DNA of 64,000 nucleotides. It comes from Eledone cirrhosa. Its lineage: Eukaryota. The notes under the pieces were generated by a model, which was given only the letters and a program-made list of their open reading frames with translations, was not told where the DNA came from and did no database searches. Shown here one piece after another: positions 1 through 13,682 of this stretch. A program made the translations under genes and the position numbers. Each line of letters opens with the position of its first letter. Position 1 is the stretch's first letter. The DNA lies in NCBI GenBank assembly GCA_964016885.1, contig OZ024750.1, positions 7,316,001 through 7,380,000 on the forward strand. Reading direction: 5' to 3'.

Positions 1-75
1 CAAAATATATCTTAAATGTTTGTTGAAACTGATAAATGTGAATATATATAGTCTTTTCAAATATTCAGTTAATAT

Positions 76-190
76 CTGTAGTGTGCAGGAGAGAAGACTG
101 CGATGGTATGGACATGTGATGTGTATGGAGGATGACCGATGGGTAAAGAAGTGCCAAGAAATGCCAGTAGAAGGAAGACGCAGTAGAGGA
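76..190 (+). mobile_element. RTE-clade LINE ORF C-terminal fragment
   Basis: ERRLRWYGHVMCMEDDRWVKKCQEMPVEGRRSRG, the typical RTE C-terminal motif. Confidence 0.75.
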
Positions 191-255
191 AGCAGAAGAA
201 GAAGAAGAAGAAGAGGGAGACAAAGATGAAGAAGAAAGGGTAGGAGAAGAAGAAG

Positions 256-880
256 AACAACAACAACAGCAAGAACAACACCACCACCACCATCACCAAC
301 ACCACCACCACCACCACCACCACCACCACCACCACCACCACCACCACCAACACCACCACCAACACCACCACCAACACCACCACCACCACCATCACCACCA
401 CCACCACCACCACCAACATCACCACCATCACCACCACCACCACCAACAACACCACCACCACCACCAACAACACCACCACCACCACCACCAACACCACCAC
501 CACCACCACCACCACCACCACCACCAACACCACCACCACCACCACCACCACCACCACCACCACCACCACCACCACCACCATCACCACCACCACCAGTACC
601 AACATCACCACCACCACCACCAACACCACCAACAACACCACCACCACCACCACCACCACCACCACCACCACCACCACCACCACCACCACCACCACCACCA
701 CCACCACCACCACCACCACCACCACCACCACCACCACCACCACCAACACCACCACCAACACCACCACCACCAACAACAACACCATCACCACCACCACCAC
801 CACCACCACCACCAACACCACCACCACCAACAACAACACCACCACCACCAACACCACCACCAACACCACCACCACCAACA
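256..880. repeat. (CAC/CAA)n trinucleotide tract
   Basis: Direct reading; source of the poly-Val ORF artefact. Confidence 0.95.
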
Positions 881-1917
881 GAAAACTTGTATGTTATAAG
901 ACCTATTTTAACTTTGACTTTATGAAAGAAAGTGACAATAAATTGTAATGACAAGTCACATGACTGAGAAGAAGAGTATTATTGGAACTGATAATTTATT
1001 CCTTTCAACTTCTGTTTCAAAATATTTGTCACATGACAACAAAACATCAAAGAAATAAATAAAGATTGAAATTTATATAAAGAAGAGAAATCTCTGTAGA
1101 ATTTACTGAGAACTGAAAGCTCCTTCATTTTGTTTATTGTTAACATAATTCATTTCAATTATTTGCTGAAAAGATATGATATCTGGATAGTTTTGTTTTC
1201 TTAATCACTGAAAGCTACCAGTATCATCATCACTACCATCACCATCATCATCATCATCATCACCACAGCTACAATGACAACCAGTACCACCGCCATCATC
1301 ACCATTACATTTACAATGACAACCATCACCATCACCATTATGCCTACAATGAGAACTAAAACACCACAACCACCACCACCTTTATAATGTCAACCACCAC
1401 CACCACCACCATCACTACAATGATAACTAAAAACACTACCACTACCACCACCACCACCACCATCACATTTATAATGACAACCATCACCATCACATCTACA
1501 ATGACAACCACCACCACCACCACCACCACCAAATCTACAATGACAACTAAAAACAAACAAAAGATTATGATAAAACAAAAAAAAAAATAAAATCACCTCA
1601 AAAGAAGATAACAAAGAAGAGGAAAACGAAAAAGAAGATGAAGACATAAGAAGAAGAAGAAAAACAAAAAGACAAAAAGAAAACAACAAGAAAAAGATGA
1701 GGAGGAGGTAGATGAAGAATACAGAAGAAGAAGAAGGCAAAGAAGAAGAAGACATCTACCAAGAAGCTGACAAAGTGAAATCCTCAAGGAGGAGAAGAAG
1801 AAGGAAGTCACTTTCAATATATTTTAAAAGAATTAAGTGAAATTAAAAAGAAGATTCTATTGACTAGAAGTGATGTCAGTCACTTCTCTGAGACATCAGA
1901 ATATGATCCCTTTTTAG

Positions 1918-2415
1918 GTGTGTAGGTGTTGTGTTGTGTATGTGTGTGTATGTTCTGTTGTGTTGTGTATGTGTGTATGTGTGTGTATGTTCTGTTGTGT
2001 TGTGTATGTGTGTATGTGTGTGTTGTGTTGTGTTATTGTGTATGTGTGTATGTGTGTGTATGTTCTGTTGTGTTGTGTATGTGTGTGTATGTTCTGTTGT
2101 GGTGTGTATGTGTGTGTTGTGTTGTGTTATTGTGTATGTGTGTGTTGTGTTGTGTTATGTGTGTGTGTGTGTTGTGTATATGTTGTGTGTGTTGTGTTGT
2201 GTTATGTGTATGTTCTGTTGCGTTGTGTGTGTATGTCTGTGTGTGTTCTGTTGCGTTGTGTGTATGTATGTGTATGTTCTGTTGTGTTGTGTGTGTATGT
2301 GTATGTATGTGTATGTTCTGCTGCATTGTGTGTATGTGTATGTTCTATTGTGCTGTGAGTATGTGTATGTATATGTGTATGTGTGTATGTAAGCATATAA
2401 GTGTGTATATATATG
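1918..2415. repeat. TG-rich compound microsatellite
   Basis: Direct reading. Confidence 0.9.
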
Positions 2416-2601
2416 TGTTGACATGTAAAAGGGTGACACACTTCAGTGCAGCCTTCACTGTAACCTTATGTGTTCTATCAACATACTAACTAATAGCAAA
2501 TGAAGCTATAAGGAAGCATCTTTATTGCCTGTTTCCATTCATTATTTTATATTTCATAAATATTATCTCCCCCTCCCTCATCTTTCCATTTATTATTTTA
2601 T

Positions 2602-2786
2602 GCGGTGGAGTGGCAGTATCGGTAGAGGGTCGGATGCCATGCTTTGCAGCAAAGAGTTATGGCCCTTTATGGTCTGAGTTCAAATCTCGCCGAGGTTAAC
2701 ATTGCCTTTCATCCTTACGAGGTCGATAAAATAAAGTACCAGTAATACACTGGGTAATTGCTGGCCTTGTGCCAAAAGTAGAAACA
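2602..2786 (+). mobile_element. SINE family A, full-length ~185 bp tRNA-headed copy; about 20 copies or fragments in the window
   Basis: A-box-like tggcagtatcgg, B-box-like gagttcaaatc, body gcctttcatccttacggggtcgataaaataaagtaccag, end agtagaaaca(att). Other copies e.g. 5483(-), 6107(-), 18404(-), 19993(-), 21941(-), 26703(-), 36180-37410, 46255, 47157(-), 50098(-), 52261(-), 62566(-), 62905. Confidence 0.85.
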
Positions 2787-2885
2787 TTTATTTTATATTT
2801 TATAAATACTATCTCCCCTCCCTCCTTCATCAACCCTTTCAATATTTCTTTTCATTCATTTCCCTCAAAGCTATGTATAATTCTC

Positions 2886-3215
2886 TTCCCATTCGAAGGA
2901 GGTAGATCCCTTATCTGGGAAGCCACATGTTGCATTACGTTCTCCACCTCGAACTTAGTCACTTTGACCACAAACCCTGGTACTGCGGCCCGCAATGCAG
3001 AGAAAAGGAAGATAAACAAATGCTGGGGATTGTCTGGCTATTTCTTCATCGCAACAGTCGCCATCAAAACCTCAGGAATACTTGGACCCCATACTGCTGA
3101 GCTCCTCCGCAAGATCGGAACATCAGCAGCCCACCTGAGGAAGGAGCCCTGTGATGTGGGGTGGCTGTTGCTGGCCATTGTCTGTGGAAATGCTTTTGCA
3201 GTCTTGTCCACGGGA
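2886..3215 (+). mobile_element. CRE-clade non-LTR retrotransposon 3' fragment (restriction-like endonuclease region)
   Basis: PFEGGRSLIWEATC..GTAARNAEKRKINK..VAIKTSGILGP..LAIVCGNAFAVL resembles the CRE C-terminal pattern WDATC..AAAxxAExRK..YxxL..P(V/I)AxETxG.xGP..AxxRGNA. Confidence 0.7.
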
Positions 3216-3831
3216 ATTTATTGGAATCTCTTGTTTATAGACTCAAAAATCTGTTAATAGATGTCTTAATTTATTTGAATATTTACTCGCATCACTTATA
3301 TATAAACTATAGGCTTACAAATGTTTGAAATACCAACAAGGTTATTATAAATTGGCATTTATACATAAAGATGTGTAATCTTTGGAAAATATTCAAAATT
3401 AATCCGTCCGCCTCTCACAAATGAAACTACAAAAAATTATAGCAAAAAATTTAGTTCAGTGATAAAAAAAATTATCTTTGAAAAACGGAATTTCTATTTT
3501 AAAATTGAAAGATGAAATATTTTTGATACATAAGTAAGAAATTTAAGTACAACCCATTTATTCCACCTAGAAAAGCCAGTAACATATGTGAAATGATGTG
3601 TGATAATGTTTAAAAAGTAAATAAATTTTATCAACATGTTACTTCTATATTCAATACCTACACTACTAACATTTTTAACAACACCTGTTCATAAAATACT
3701 ATATTTCTCATCTGAATGAAATATTCATTGATGATTTTGTTCTATTTTAGGCTATCAAAACTGTAAAAATGAAATATACTTTTAGAAAAGATAAAATTCC
3801 ACTTGCATTCCTTAAGCATTTATTATGTTCT

Positions 3832-4047
3832 TTAACCCTTTAACATTTAAACCGGCCATATCTGACCAGAATCCTCTCACTTCTTTCTGTTCAAACTGGT
3901 CATAACCGGCTGCTTATACAGATGTTAAGGTATTGTTTTTAAAATAAATAATATCAAAATCTTGTAGATTTGATATTATGTGAGATAAAGCCTTTTCTTG
4001 GAAAATATAATAGTAAATATAGAGTAATGTAAATGCTAAAGGGTTAA
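3832..4047. mobile_element. piggyBac-type MITE family A (7 copies: 3832, 5996-6319, 7408-7636, 8041-8475, 17088-17316, 25604-25823, 56434-56655)
   Basis: Consensus TTAA|CCCTTTAGCATTTA ... TAAATGCTAAAGGG|TTAA termini; conserved ~215-230 bp interior. Confidence 0.85.
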
Positions 4048-5278
4048 GCATTCTATTTAGAAAACTTCTGGAGAGTTTGCCATGATTCTATAGCCAAGAT
4101 TGTATTGTCAAATTTGTTTATAAAAATGGCTCCCATCTGGACTTTAAAAATTACCACATTATGTTACTAACATATGCTTTGTCATTTGTTAAAAATTATT
4201 CTGCAGGAAAATGTAATGCTGCATTATAACAAACAACATTAAAAAGAAATAAACACTTTCCCACATGGATTTAGTAAGAAATATTCTACTATTACAAACA
4301 TGATTGAAAGCTACAGCGCTGTAACTAGGATGATCAATAATCCTTAGACTGTTCTACTTGTTGCTTACCTAGATCTCTTAAAAGCATTCGATTGTCATTC
4401 ACATTGGTTTACTTAAGAAGCTCTAATCATTTGGTATCTTGGAAAAAAAAATCTATTGGGATTTATCAAAAATTACTCTCAGGTCCCAAATAATAGTATG
4501 CATGTGTATGTGTGAGAGAGTGTATTTGTGTGAGTGTGTGTGTAGAATAAATATAGCAAGTTTACCTCAAACAATATTGATATGTCAAGAGTATCTAACA
4601 AGGGAGTGCTTGAATTTTAATGTCGACAAAAATATACACCCCAACCTACTACCCCTACTCCATCCTCCCACTCCCACTAACACCACCCTTTCTCTGTAAA
4701 GTTGGTACCACAACATCCAGTCCAAATTAATGAGATGATCGAGATCGTGTAGGTGTCACAACAAAAAAACACAGTCCACGCTGTAATGTGACCGTGTAGG
4801 TAACACGGTAAAAAGTTCCCAGTCTACACTGTAAATATGGTTGGTGTTAGGAAGGGCATCCAGCCGTAGAAAACCTGCCAGATATAGTTCTATATGAGCA
4901 AGACACGGTCACCCGACCAGGCTTGCCTCAAATTGGGACAACTCCCATCTAACCCATGCTAGCGTGGAAGATGGATGTTAAATGATGATGATGATGATGA
5001 CAAAAATTGAAAAGACTTTTTGGCCAACCCAATATTTCTCTCTATCTCTCTGATCTCTGTTTTACTTTCAGATTTACTTTTTTCTCTTAACTCTTTCTGA
5101 TAGTCACAGCTTGAATGATTTTGATAAAAGATCTGCGTGATCATTGTCTACGTAAAGCTAAACAACATTCACTCTTAATAGATTTCAAACACACAACTTT
5201 TTAAAGAATAGTCAATTAAACCTAGGTATATTATAGTATTATCAGTGTATTCATTGCATTAAATTAGAAAATATAGAT

Positions 5279-5402
5279 CAGTCATGGGCAAACTGTCACC
5301 TATGAGCAACATGTGGCTTTCTGAATGTCATGCCAAATTTCAAAATTACCTTGTATTGTTTAGTAGTGTGGCCCACTGCTTGAAAAAGGTTGCCCAGGTC
5401 TG
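5279..5402. mobile_element. Short hAT-type MITE related to 46754
   Basis: CAGTCATGGGCAAAC...GGTTGCCCAGGTCTG; flanks atatagat/gtataggt (6/8); interior tggctttctgaatg shared with about 47062-47075 reversed. Confidence 0.6.
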
Positions 5403-8164
5403 GTATAGGTTAATGAAGTGTTGAACTTGTTACTATAAAGCACCTAAGTTCTCTACTATCTACACTATTTTCAGCATTCCATAATTGTTTCTACTTTAGG
5501 CCAGCAATTTTGGAGAAAGGGAAAATCAATTAAATCAACCCCAGTACATTACTGATGTTTAATTTATCAATCTCATAAGAATGAAAGGCAAAGCTAACCT
5601 CAGTGTGATTTGAACTCAGAATGTGAAGGGCTGCAACTATGCTGCAAATCATGTTGTCCGACACTCTATCGATACTGCCAATCCACCGCACTAATAACCC
5701 TATTCCTTTGAAAGAAATTGCTGTTAGTAGATATTACATTTCTGATCAAAGTATCGGTAATTTAGACTTTAATCTGTCAGTTTCTCATATTTCTATTTCA
5801 ATTGTAAGACAGAAAAAAATTAGAAACCACTAAAAACCAACAAACCACCCAATCAAATATTGATTACTTCTATAGGCACAAGGCCTGAGATTTAGACAAG
5901 AGGAGAAATGAAATTGTGTGATGTGTGTTAAATTCTCCAGGGTATCAGCAACTTGGATATGAAATGTTTATAATGTTTTATTCATTTTTGATTTTTTAAC
6001 CTTTTAGCATTTAAACCAGCCATATCCAGTCAGAATTCTCTCACCTCTTTCTGTTCAAACTGGCTGTAACTGGTCGCTGATGTTAAGGTATTGTTCTCAA
6101 AATAATTAACTGTTTCTACTTTTGGCACAAGGTTAGCAATTACCCAGTGCATTACTTTTATCGACCCCGTAAGGATGAAAGGCAAAGTTAACCTCGGCAA
6201 AATAAATAACATCAAAATCTCAGATTCGATATTATGTGAGATAATTATCTGTGGTAAAGACTTTATTTACCACAAAATACAATAATAAATATAGAGTAAT
6301 GTTAATACTAAAGGGTTAAAATAGATTTTTTTTCCTTTTTCCTCTGTATCCAACAGCATACTGACACAGAGAATATCACCATTAACAATCACCAAACCAA
6401 TTCACTGTCACAACCATGAAGTAAATAGAAGCCATATCATCTGTAGCTTCAGTTATCTTTATCCTGATGGCATTGATAAAAAAAAAAAATCTCTTCATTG
6501 ATTTACAAACAAAACCAGTTGTTGCCATAGCCACTGGTTACAAACCAGAATTGAAACTAGACCACAGACTCATCCCGCAGCAAATTTCCTTATGATGACT
6601 TCTGATGAAACATATTAAATTTAAAATGAAGTTCTTCTCTTTAATAGAACATATTTAGTTTGTTAATTTGACTCACAACTACACAAGAAATATTAATTTT
6701 TTTACAAATGAGTTTTCATTTCTAGCTAAAGACAATTTCATCCATGCTACTAAGAAAATAATAAAACATGAATGTCACATAATTTCATTCACTTTTTCTA
6801 TATTTTCTCATACAGAATTTGTAAAAATCATCGTTAATTGAATGAAAGTGATGGTGCATTGATGAAGTCTTAGTAAAATTCCACAGTTCAAGTTTGATTT
6901 GTAATAGCATCACTTAATGTAGTAAACTGCTTCAGACAACCATGAATATTATGAAATTCCAATGTATATTCTGTTAGAAAACCTTGAGTTTTATGTAAAT
7001 CTAAAACATTTCGATTTGTTTGTTTATTGTTTAGTATATTGCAAGCATTATGTCAAGCTACAAATAGTTTAGAAGTGGGATAAATTGGTTTGCTGTCAGG
7101 AAGCGATGATAATATGTTTCCAGCAGTAACCGTTGTTTGAGAGAGATATAAAAAACAAAATGTCTGAAAATATCAGAGCTCAGTATTATCGGAAAACTTT
7201 TTATATCTTTTTCTGATGAAAGGATCTGTCCAAAATATTAGACTTTCTTTCTTTCTATACCTAACCCTAACTCCAGCCCCTAACTCTAACCCTTAACTTC
7301 TAAACCCTAACCCCAAGAATATTCATCATTGATTTCTGGAGAGAATGAGTTATGATGGCCTAGAGATGGTCTGGATAAAGCACTGTTTATGCTATTACAG
7401 ATGATTTTTAACTCTTTAGCATTTACATTCCTCTATATTTACTATTGTATTTTCACAGTAAACACTTTATCTCACATAATTATTTCACATAATATCGAAT
7501 ATATGAGATTTTGATATTATTTATTTTGAGAACAATACCTTAATATCAGTATGAGTGGCCAGTTATGGCCAGTTTCAATAGAAAGAAGTGAGATAATTGT
7601 GGCCGGATATGGCCGGTTTAAATGCTAAAGGGTTAAGGTTAAGGAATAATTTCTGAGATTCTTTGGCCAAACAATATCACTGCTAGTTAAGAATAAACTA
7701 TCTAAGTATAACAGAATGGTCAACTAAATATTTCCAAAATGTGATTGATAAAACAAAATAAAACACACAAAAAAGTGATCTCCATACAATTGTTGAATGT
7801 CAGAGAGTTTATGTCAGCTAGTTACTATTAAATGTTAAAAATAATTTGGTTGTCAACCAATTCCAAAGCGAAAATCAGCTTCCATTGGCAAAGACAATCA
7901 GGCATTGTTCCTATGTGATGGCTATGGCAAGGAAGTTGGTATGGTTAGATAAGAATTAAAGAGTTAAGTTCACAGTTGTTCGCCTTCCAAAGAAGTTTCA
8001 TCAGCTTCTGTGGGAAAGAGAGTTCTGGTTTTGTGTAACTTTAACCCTTTAGAATTTACATTACTCTATATTTACTACTTTATTTTCATGGTAAACACTT
8101 TATCTCATGTAATTATCTCACATATTGTTGAATCTAAGAGATTTTGATATTATTTATTTTGAGA

Positions 8165-8363
8165 TGATCAATGCAAATTGACAATGGAAAGGCGCTTCCG
8201 CTCCAGTTAGAAGAGAAATATTGACCTTCAGGACAAGCAGCGACCCCTGATTGTATTCAGCAACTGAAACAAATATGAAGTACACCAAATCCAATGCTCC
8301 TAGGGGTGGCCCTGGTTCTTCTTATTTGCAAGTATAAACTCGGCCAGATTAGATTAGATTAGA
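8165..8363 (+). mobile_element. Retroposon 3' fragment with (AGATT)n tail inserted in a MITE-A copy
   Basis: 10-bp TSD tattttgaga at 8155-8164 and 8364-8373. Confidence 0.7.
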
Positions 8364-8525
8364 TATTTTGAGAATAATACCTTAATGTATGAGCAGCCAG
8401 TTATGGCTGGTTTAAACAGAAATACGTGAGAGAGTTCTGGCCCAGATGTGGCTGGTTTAAATGGTAAAGGGTCAACAATGGAGTGTGAACATGACAAAGT
8501 CAGTGTGGTTGAATAAGATTAGTTG

Positions 8526-8557
<32 letters not shown>

Positions 8558-8825
8558 CGGAGAGAGAGAGAGTTATGGTATCTTTGATTTCTCTTGTGGC
8601 TCTCCATATTTTCTTTTTTTCTCTTTTATAACTACTGTTTATATTACTTTCATCTCAGTTTTAGAAAAACCAATATAACACTTTTTTTTCTGAGTGACTT
8701 TGTTTCACCTGTTTTACGACGGTTTTGTTTCCTTTTACTCCCTTGGTAGCAAAGACAGTATTGTTGTCGCATTAGTTGTTTTATTTCAGTCTATGCTGGT
8801 TTGAATGGACATTATGAATAGACAG

Positions 8826-8861
8826 TGATGATGGTGAAATAATATGATGATGATGACAACG

Positions 8862-8892
<31 letters not shown>

Positions 8893-8983
8893 CAATGGTG
8901 AAATAATATGATGATAATGACAACGATGATGATGATGATGATGATGATGACAATGGTGAAATAATATGATGATAATGACAACG

Positions 8984-9014
<31 letters not shown>

Positions 9015-9105
9015 CAATGGTGAAATAATATGATGATAATGACAACGATGATGATGATGATGATGATGATGACAATGGTGAAATAATATGATGATAATGA
9101 CAACG

Positions 9106-9136
<31 letters not shown>

Positions 9137-9227
9137 CAATGGTGAAATAATATGATGATAATGACAACGATGATGATGATGATGATGATGATGACAATGG
9201 TGAAATAATATGATGATAATGACAACG

Positions 9228-9258
<31 letters not shown>

Positions 9259-9610
9259 CAATGGTGAAATAATATGATGATAATGACAACGATGGTGATG
9301 GTGATGATGGTGATGATGATGATGACAATGGTGAAATAATATGATGATAATGACAACGATGGTGATGGTGATGGTGATGATGATGACAACAATGATGAAA
9401 TAATGTGATGACGATGATGACGGTGATGAAATAATGTGATGATGATGACAACAATGGTGATGGTGATGGTGATGGTGATGATGATGATGATGAGGACAAC
9501 AATGATGATGAAATAATATGATGAAACGACGATGATGAAATAATGTGATGATGATGAAATAAAGTGATGATGATGATGATGATGATGATTATGATGATGA
9601 TGATGATGAT
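8826..9610. repeat. (GAT)n-derived higher-order repeat
   Basis: gacaatggtgaaataat anchors at 8891, 8949, 9013, 9071, 9135, 9193, 9257 (alternating 58/64 bp). Confidence 0.9.
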
Positions 9611-10918
9611 TTACTACATCTACTGATGATAGCAAAGACTTACAATAAAACCATCACAGATGTATTTCTTTCATCATCCAGATATCAGAATGTGTTTATA
9701 AACCCTTTATATATTTTATACTGACTGCAAAACCTTTAGAATCTTTATACAAGAGAGAAAATGCTTTTACACTGACCGCGACCACAATCAATTCTTACTT
9801 TTTAAGTGGTTTCATTCAATATGTTTTTGTTTTCGGGTTGTTTTTTTCTAAATTTATTTATTATGTTTTCTTTGTCAATTACTTTAATGCTTTATTGGTT
9901 TTGTTTGTCTGTAGAAATGGTGTAAAAGCAAGCAAAAGGAGCAAGCAGCCCAACTGCAGGGTAGAAAAAAAACTATATATTGCTTCAATAAATATTACTT
10001 CCACATACAAACATAACTAATGCTATCGATGTGGAAAACCAATTGTGAAAAATATAGATAAATTAAGTAGAGAAGAAATATAATAATAGCAAAGCTATAA
10101 CTAGAGGATCTAAATTAAAGTATTATACAATAATATGCCATAGAAATATCAAACAGAATATTGATATATTCATAATGAGTTTTTCTGTTTTTTGAAAATT
10201 TTTTTAATGCATAAAGGAGTTAGAATGGGATGTTAATTCATATATCCCTACCCCCCAGAGCATTGGAAAAATAATGGAACCAGTTTCAACATGCTGTTGA
10301 CATCTGTTAGATTATATATTATTATTATCTCATTCAGATGGACATGAATATCATAACATTTTGTTTCCTTTTTATCACTAATTCTAAACTTTCTGCAAGT
10401 TATCAATCAATTTGATTGAAAGCACTTAATAGGTAGAACAGTAGACAACTAACAAAATATATCCTTATATTATGTTTGTTGTCAAGAGACACAGTACAAT
10501 ACAAGTGGTAGATCATCATCATCATCATCATCACCATCATCGATTAATGTCTATCTTTCACGCTAGCATGGGTTAGACGGGTTTGTTCCATTTAGAGGCA
10601 AGTTAGGTCGGGTGACCGTGTCTTGCTCATATAGAAGAGTTTCCGGCTGGTTTTCTACAACTGGATGTCCTTTCTAACGCCAACCACATTGACAGTGTGT
10701 GTTGGGTACTTTTTTCTATGTCTTTTACATGTCCACTTTACAGTGTGGGCTGTTTTCTATGGCTAGCTGCCCTTCCTTGGAAGGTCAATACACCCCCCCC
10801 CCCTCATGGCCAAATAATACCCGCAGCACTGCCCAACCAACTGTGTCTAGCTCATAAAGACTGTTTCTGGCTTGGTTTCTATGGCTGGATGCCCTTCCTA
10901 ACACAAACCACATTTACA

Positions 10919-11412
10919 ATGTGGATTGGATGCTTTTTGTTGTGACACCTACACAACCACCTTACAGTGTGGACTGGGTGCTTTTTGTTGTGACACCTAC
11001 ACAACCACCTTACAGTGTGGACTGGGTGCTTTTTGTTGTGACACCTACACAACCACCTTACAGTGTGGACTGGGTGCTTTTTGTTGTGACACCTACACAA
11101 CCACCTTACAGTGTGGACTGGGTGCTTTTTTGTTGTGACACCTACACAACCACCTTACAGTGTGGACTGGGTGCTTTTTGTTGTGACACCTACACAACCA
11201 CCTTACAGTGTGGACTGGGTGCTTTTTGTTGTGACACCTACACAACCACCTTACAGTGTGGACTGGGTGCTTTTTGTTGTGACACCTACACAACCACCTT
11301 ACAGTGTGGACTGGGTGCTTTTTGTTGTGACACCTACACAACCACCTTACAGTGTGGACTGGGTGCTTTTTGTTGTGACACCTACACAACCACCTTACAG
11401 TGTGGACTGGGT
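10919..11412. repeat. 48-bp minisatellite, about 10.3 near-identical units, derived from the family-C retroposon interior
   Basis: Unit gtgtggactgggtgctttttgttgtgacacctacacaaccaccttaca; one unit has an extra T; no spacers. Confidence 0.95.
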
Positions 11413-11753
11413 CCTATATAAATAAATCTACTTTGGAGATAATTTTAAATAAGAACTCTTAGAACTGGACCTCTCACTTGTTTGTTCATCTGACTGTTTT
11501 TTTCTTATTTTGGAACAATAGCATTGATATTTCTGCTCAAATATGTTGCTAGAAGGCCTGCTACCATTTCACTGCTTTTCTATGGTAACATTAACAAGAG
11601 ATATCTATAGAGTCTACCATTGAAAGCCTGTATTTTGTGAATCAAGATGACTTGCATTACTATTTTTGGTATTTTCTTTCATACTTTGATTGATGTACGT
11701 ATGTAGAAAGCAGTTTGTTTCAAATGACAATAACTGAATATAGAAAATGGTAT

Positions 11754-11910
11754 ATGTAGATATTATATGTTGCCAAACATGTAGCATTTAGTGGCGTATG
11801 TAGATATTATATGTCACCAAACATGTAGTATTTAGTGGTTCATGTAGATATTACATGTTGTCAAACATGTAGCATTTAGTGGTGCATGTAGATATTACAT
11901 GTTGCCAAAC
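11754..11910. repeat. 44-bp tandem repeat, about 3.5 units
   Basis: atgtagatattatatgttgccaaacatgtagcatttagtgg repeated. Confidence 0.85.
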
Positions 11911-12808
11911 TATCACATCGGCCATGACAAAAAGTACCCAGCCCACCCTGTCAATTGGTCATTTTGCTGCCATGATAAAAGACACCCAGTACACTCTGTA
12001 AATGTGGTTGTTGTTAAGAAGGGCTTCCAGTCGAAGGAACCAAGCTGGAGTCAGTTCTGTAAGAGCAAGACACGGTCATCTGATCTGACTCATCTCACAA
12101 TGGGACAACTCATCTAATCCATGCTTATGTGGAAAAATGGGACATTAATTGGTGATGATGATGATGATAATAATATAACCTAAATTTTCTACATTCTTGA
12201 AAACGATTGAAGTTTCCTTTCATTCAAACACGATGACTTTTGTAATTGAATTCAACTATAGGGGAATATATATATATATAATATAATCTAATATAATAAA
12301 GAGAGATAAACACATATATATACATATATGTGTTCAAATCATAAGGGACTATTGTAAGGGACTAAATTGTAAGGGACTATTCTGAGTTTCTAACTCAATA
12401 TAAACTTTTGATATATATATATATATAATATGTATATATATTATATGTGTGTGTGTTCTGCCTGACTGTTGATCTAACTAGGTACTGTTATAAACACTTT
12501 GTTTACCAAATGGTACGAGAGAGGTAACATCATTTATAATCTTGACATAAACAATAAATGAAGCACCATTCCACATAGTCTAGCATTAATAATATTTGTA
12601 GTATTAATAATAATAACAAACTTATAAATAACTATCTGAAAAAAAGGAAGAATAGAGAATAAGAAGAATGAAAGAAATGTTGCAAGCTTCACAGAAGACT
12701 GATAGGTAACAGGTAATTAGAAATCGTGAATTATTTCAAGGTAAGATAGTTCTGGCAAGGTGAGATGTGTGTATGTGTGTGTGTGTGTGAGGAATAGAAT
12801 ATAAATAT

Positions 12809-13682
12809 ATACTCTTGGGTCCCAAATAACAGAGGGGGGGGGGGAATAAGAGGAGGGGTTGCACATTTGTTTAAATTCTTATGAGTGGAGGGTTTGGAAT
12901 AAATGGGAATGGGATTTCTTGTATGTTCTTTTTTTTGTCATCATCATCATCATCATCATCATCAGGTTTAGCGTCCGTGTTCCACGCTTGCATGGGTTTG
13001 GACGGGGGTTTTTCCACTTGAGGCAAAAGTGGTTGTCTTGCTCGCATAGGACTGTCTGGCGGGTTTTCTACAGTTGGATGCCCTTCCTAACACCAACCAC
13101 ATTTACAGTGTGGGGCTGGGAGGTTTTTACCGTGTTGCCTACACGGCCACATTACAGCGTGGACTGTCTGGCGGGTTTTCTACAGCTGGATGCCCTTCCT
13201 AACACCAACCACATTTACAGTGTGGGGCTGGGAGGTTTTTTACCGTGTTGCCTACACGGCCACATTTACAGCGTGGACTGTGTGTTTTTTTATCGTGACA
13301 CCTACACGATCTCATTTGTTTCGGCCTGGATGTTGTGGGACCAACATAACTTTACATTGAAAGGGCATTATATATGACATATCAAATGTCATATATAATG
13401 TTTTTTTTTTTAATGTAAAAATAAATTTATTATTAGATTCTCCAGCTGCTGTATCAATAAGAATCTTCTTCTTGTTGCTGTTGTTCGATGAAGCTGGGGT
13501 TATCCTAAGCCAGCGATCCCAAAGCATCGTCATGCATAGAGCCGATTGAATCACTTACAATAAAATTTCACCAGGGATAGATTAGCAAAATTTAATAAGC
13601 AGGGAAGGAGTTGGGAGGGTGTGTGGAAAAAATCCGAAAAATTAATAAGCGGGTGGGGACGATTATTCAAAACCTGAGAATA
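12809..13682. mobile_element. TA-flanked MITE hosting a nested family-C retroposon
   Basis: TACTCTTGGGTCCCAAATAA ... TTATTCAAAACCTGAGAATA; same left end seen at about 4474 and 62430. Confidence 0.5.

Noticed and set aside
69-2489. Long poly-Val, poly-Thr and Cys/Val ORFs
   Set aside because: Translations of trinucleotide and TG microsatellites.
7965-8010. Minus-strand CUGAUGA followed by a small hairpin
   Set aside because: GAAC instead of GAAA and no stem I or III; other isolated CTGATGA hits (near 6603, 9623, 26693, 29516, 58988) also fail to fold.
8781-9635. His/Ile/Ser-rich ORFs up to 284 aa
   Set aside because: Open in several frames only because (ATC)n lacks stop codons.
10919-11412. 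CRISPR-like regular array
   Set aside because: Units abut with no unique spacers, there are no cas genes, the context is eukaryotic, and the unit derives from a retroposon.
13312-13554. Minus-strand ORF tested as slo exon 2
   Set aside because: No similarity to the S1 segment; more like a retroelement tail ending in (GAA)n.
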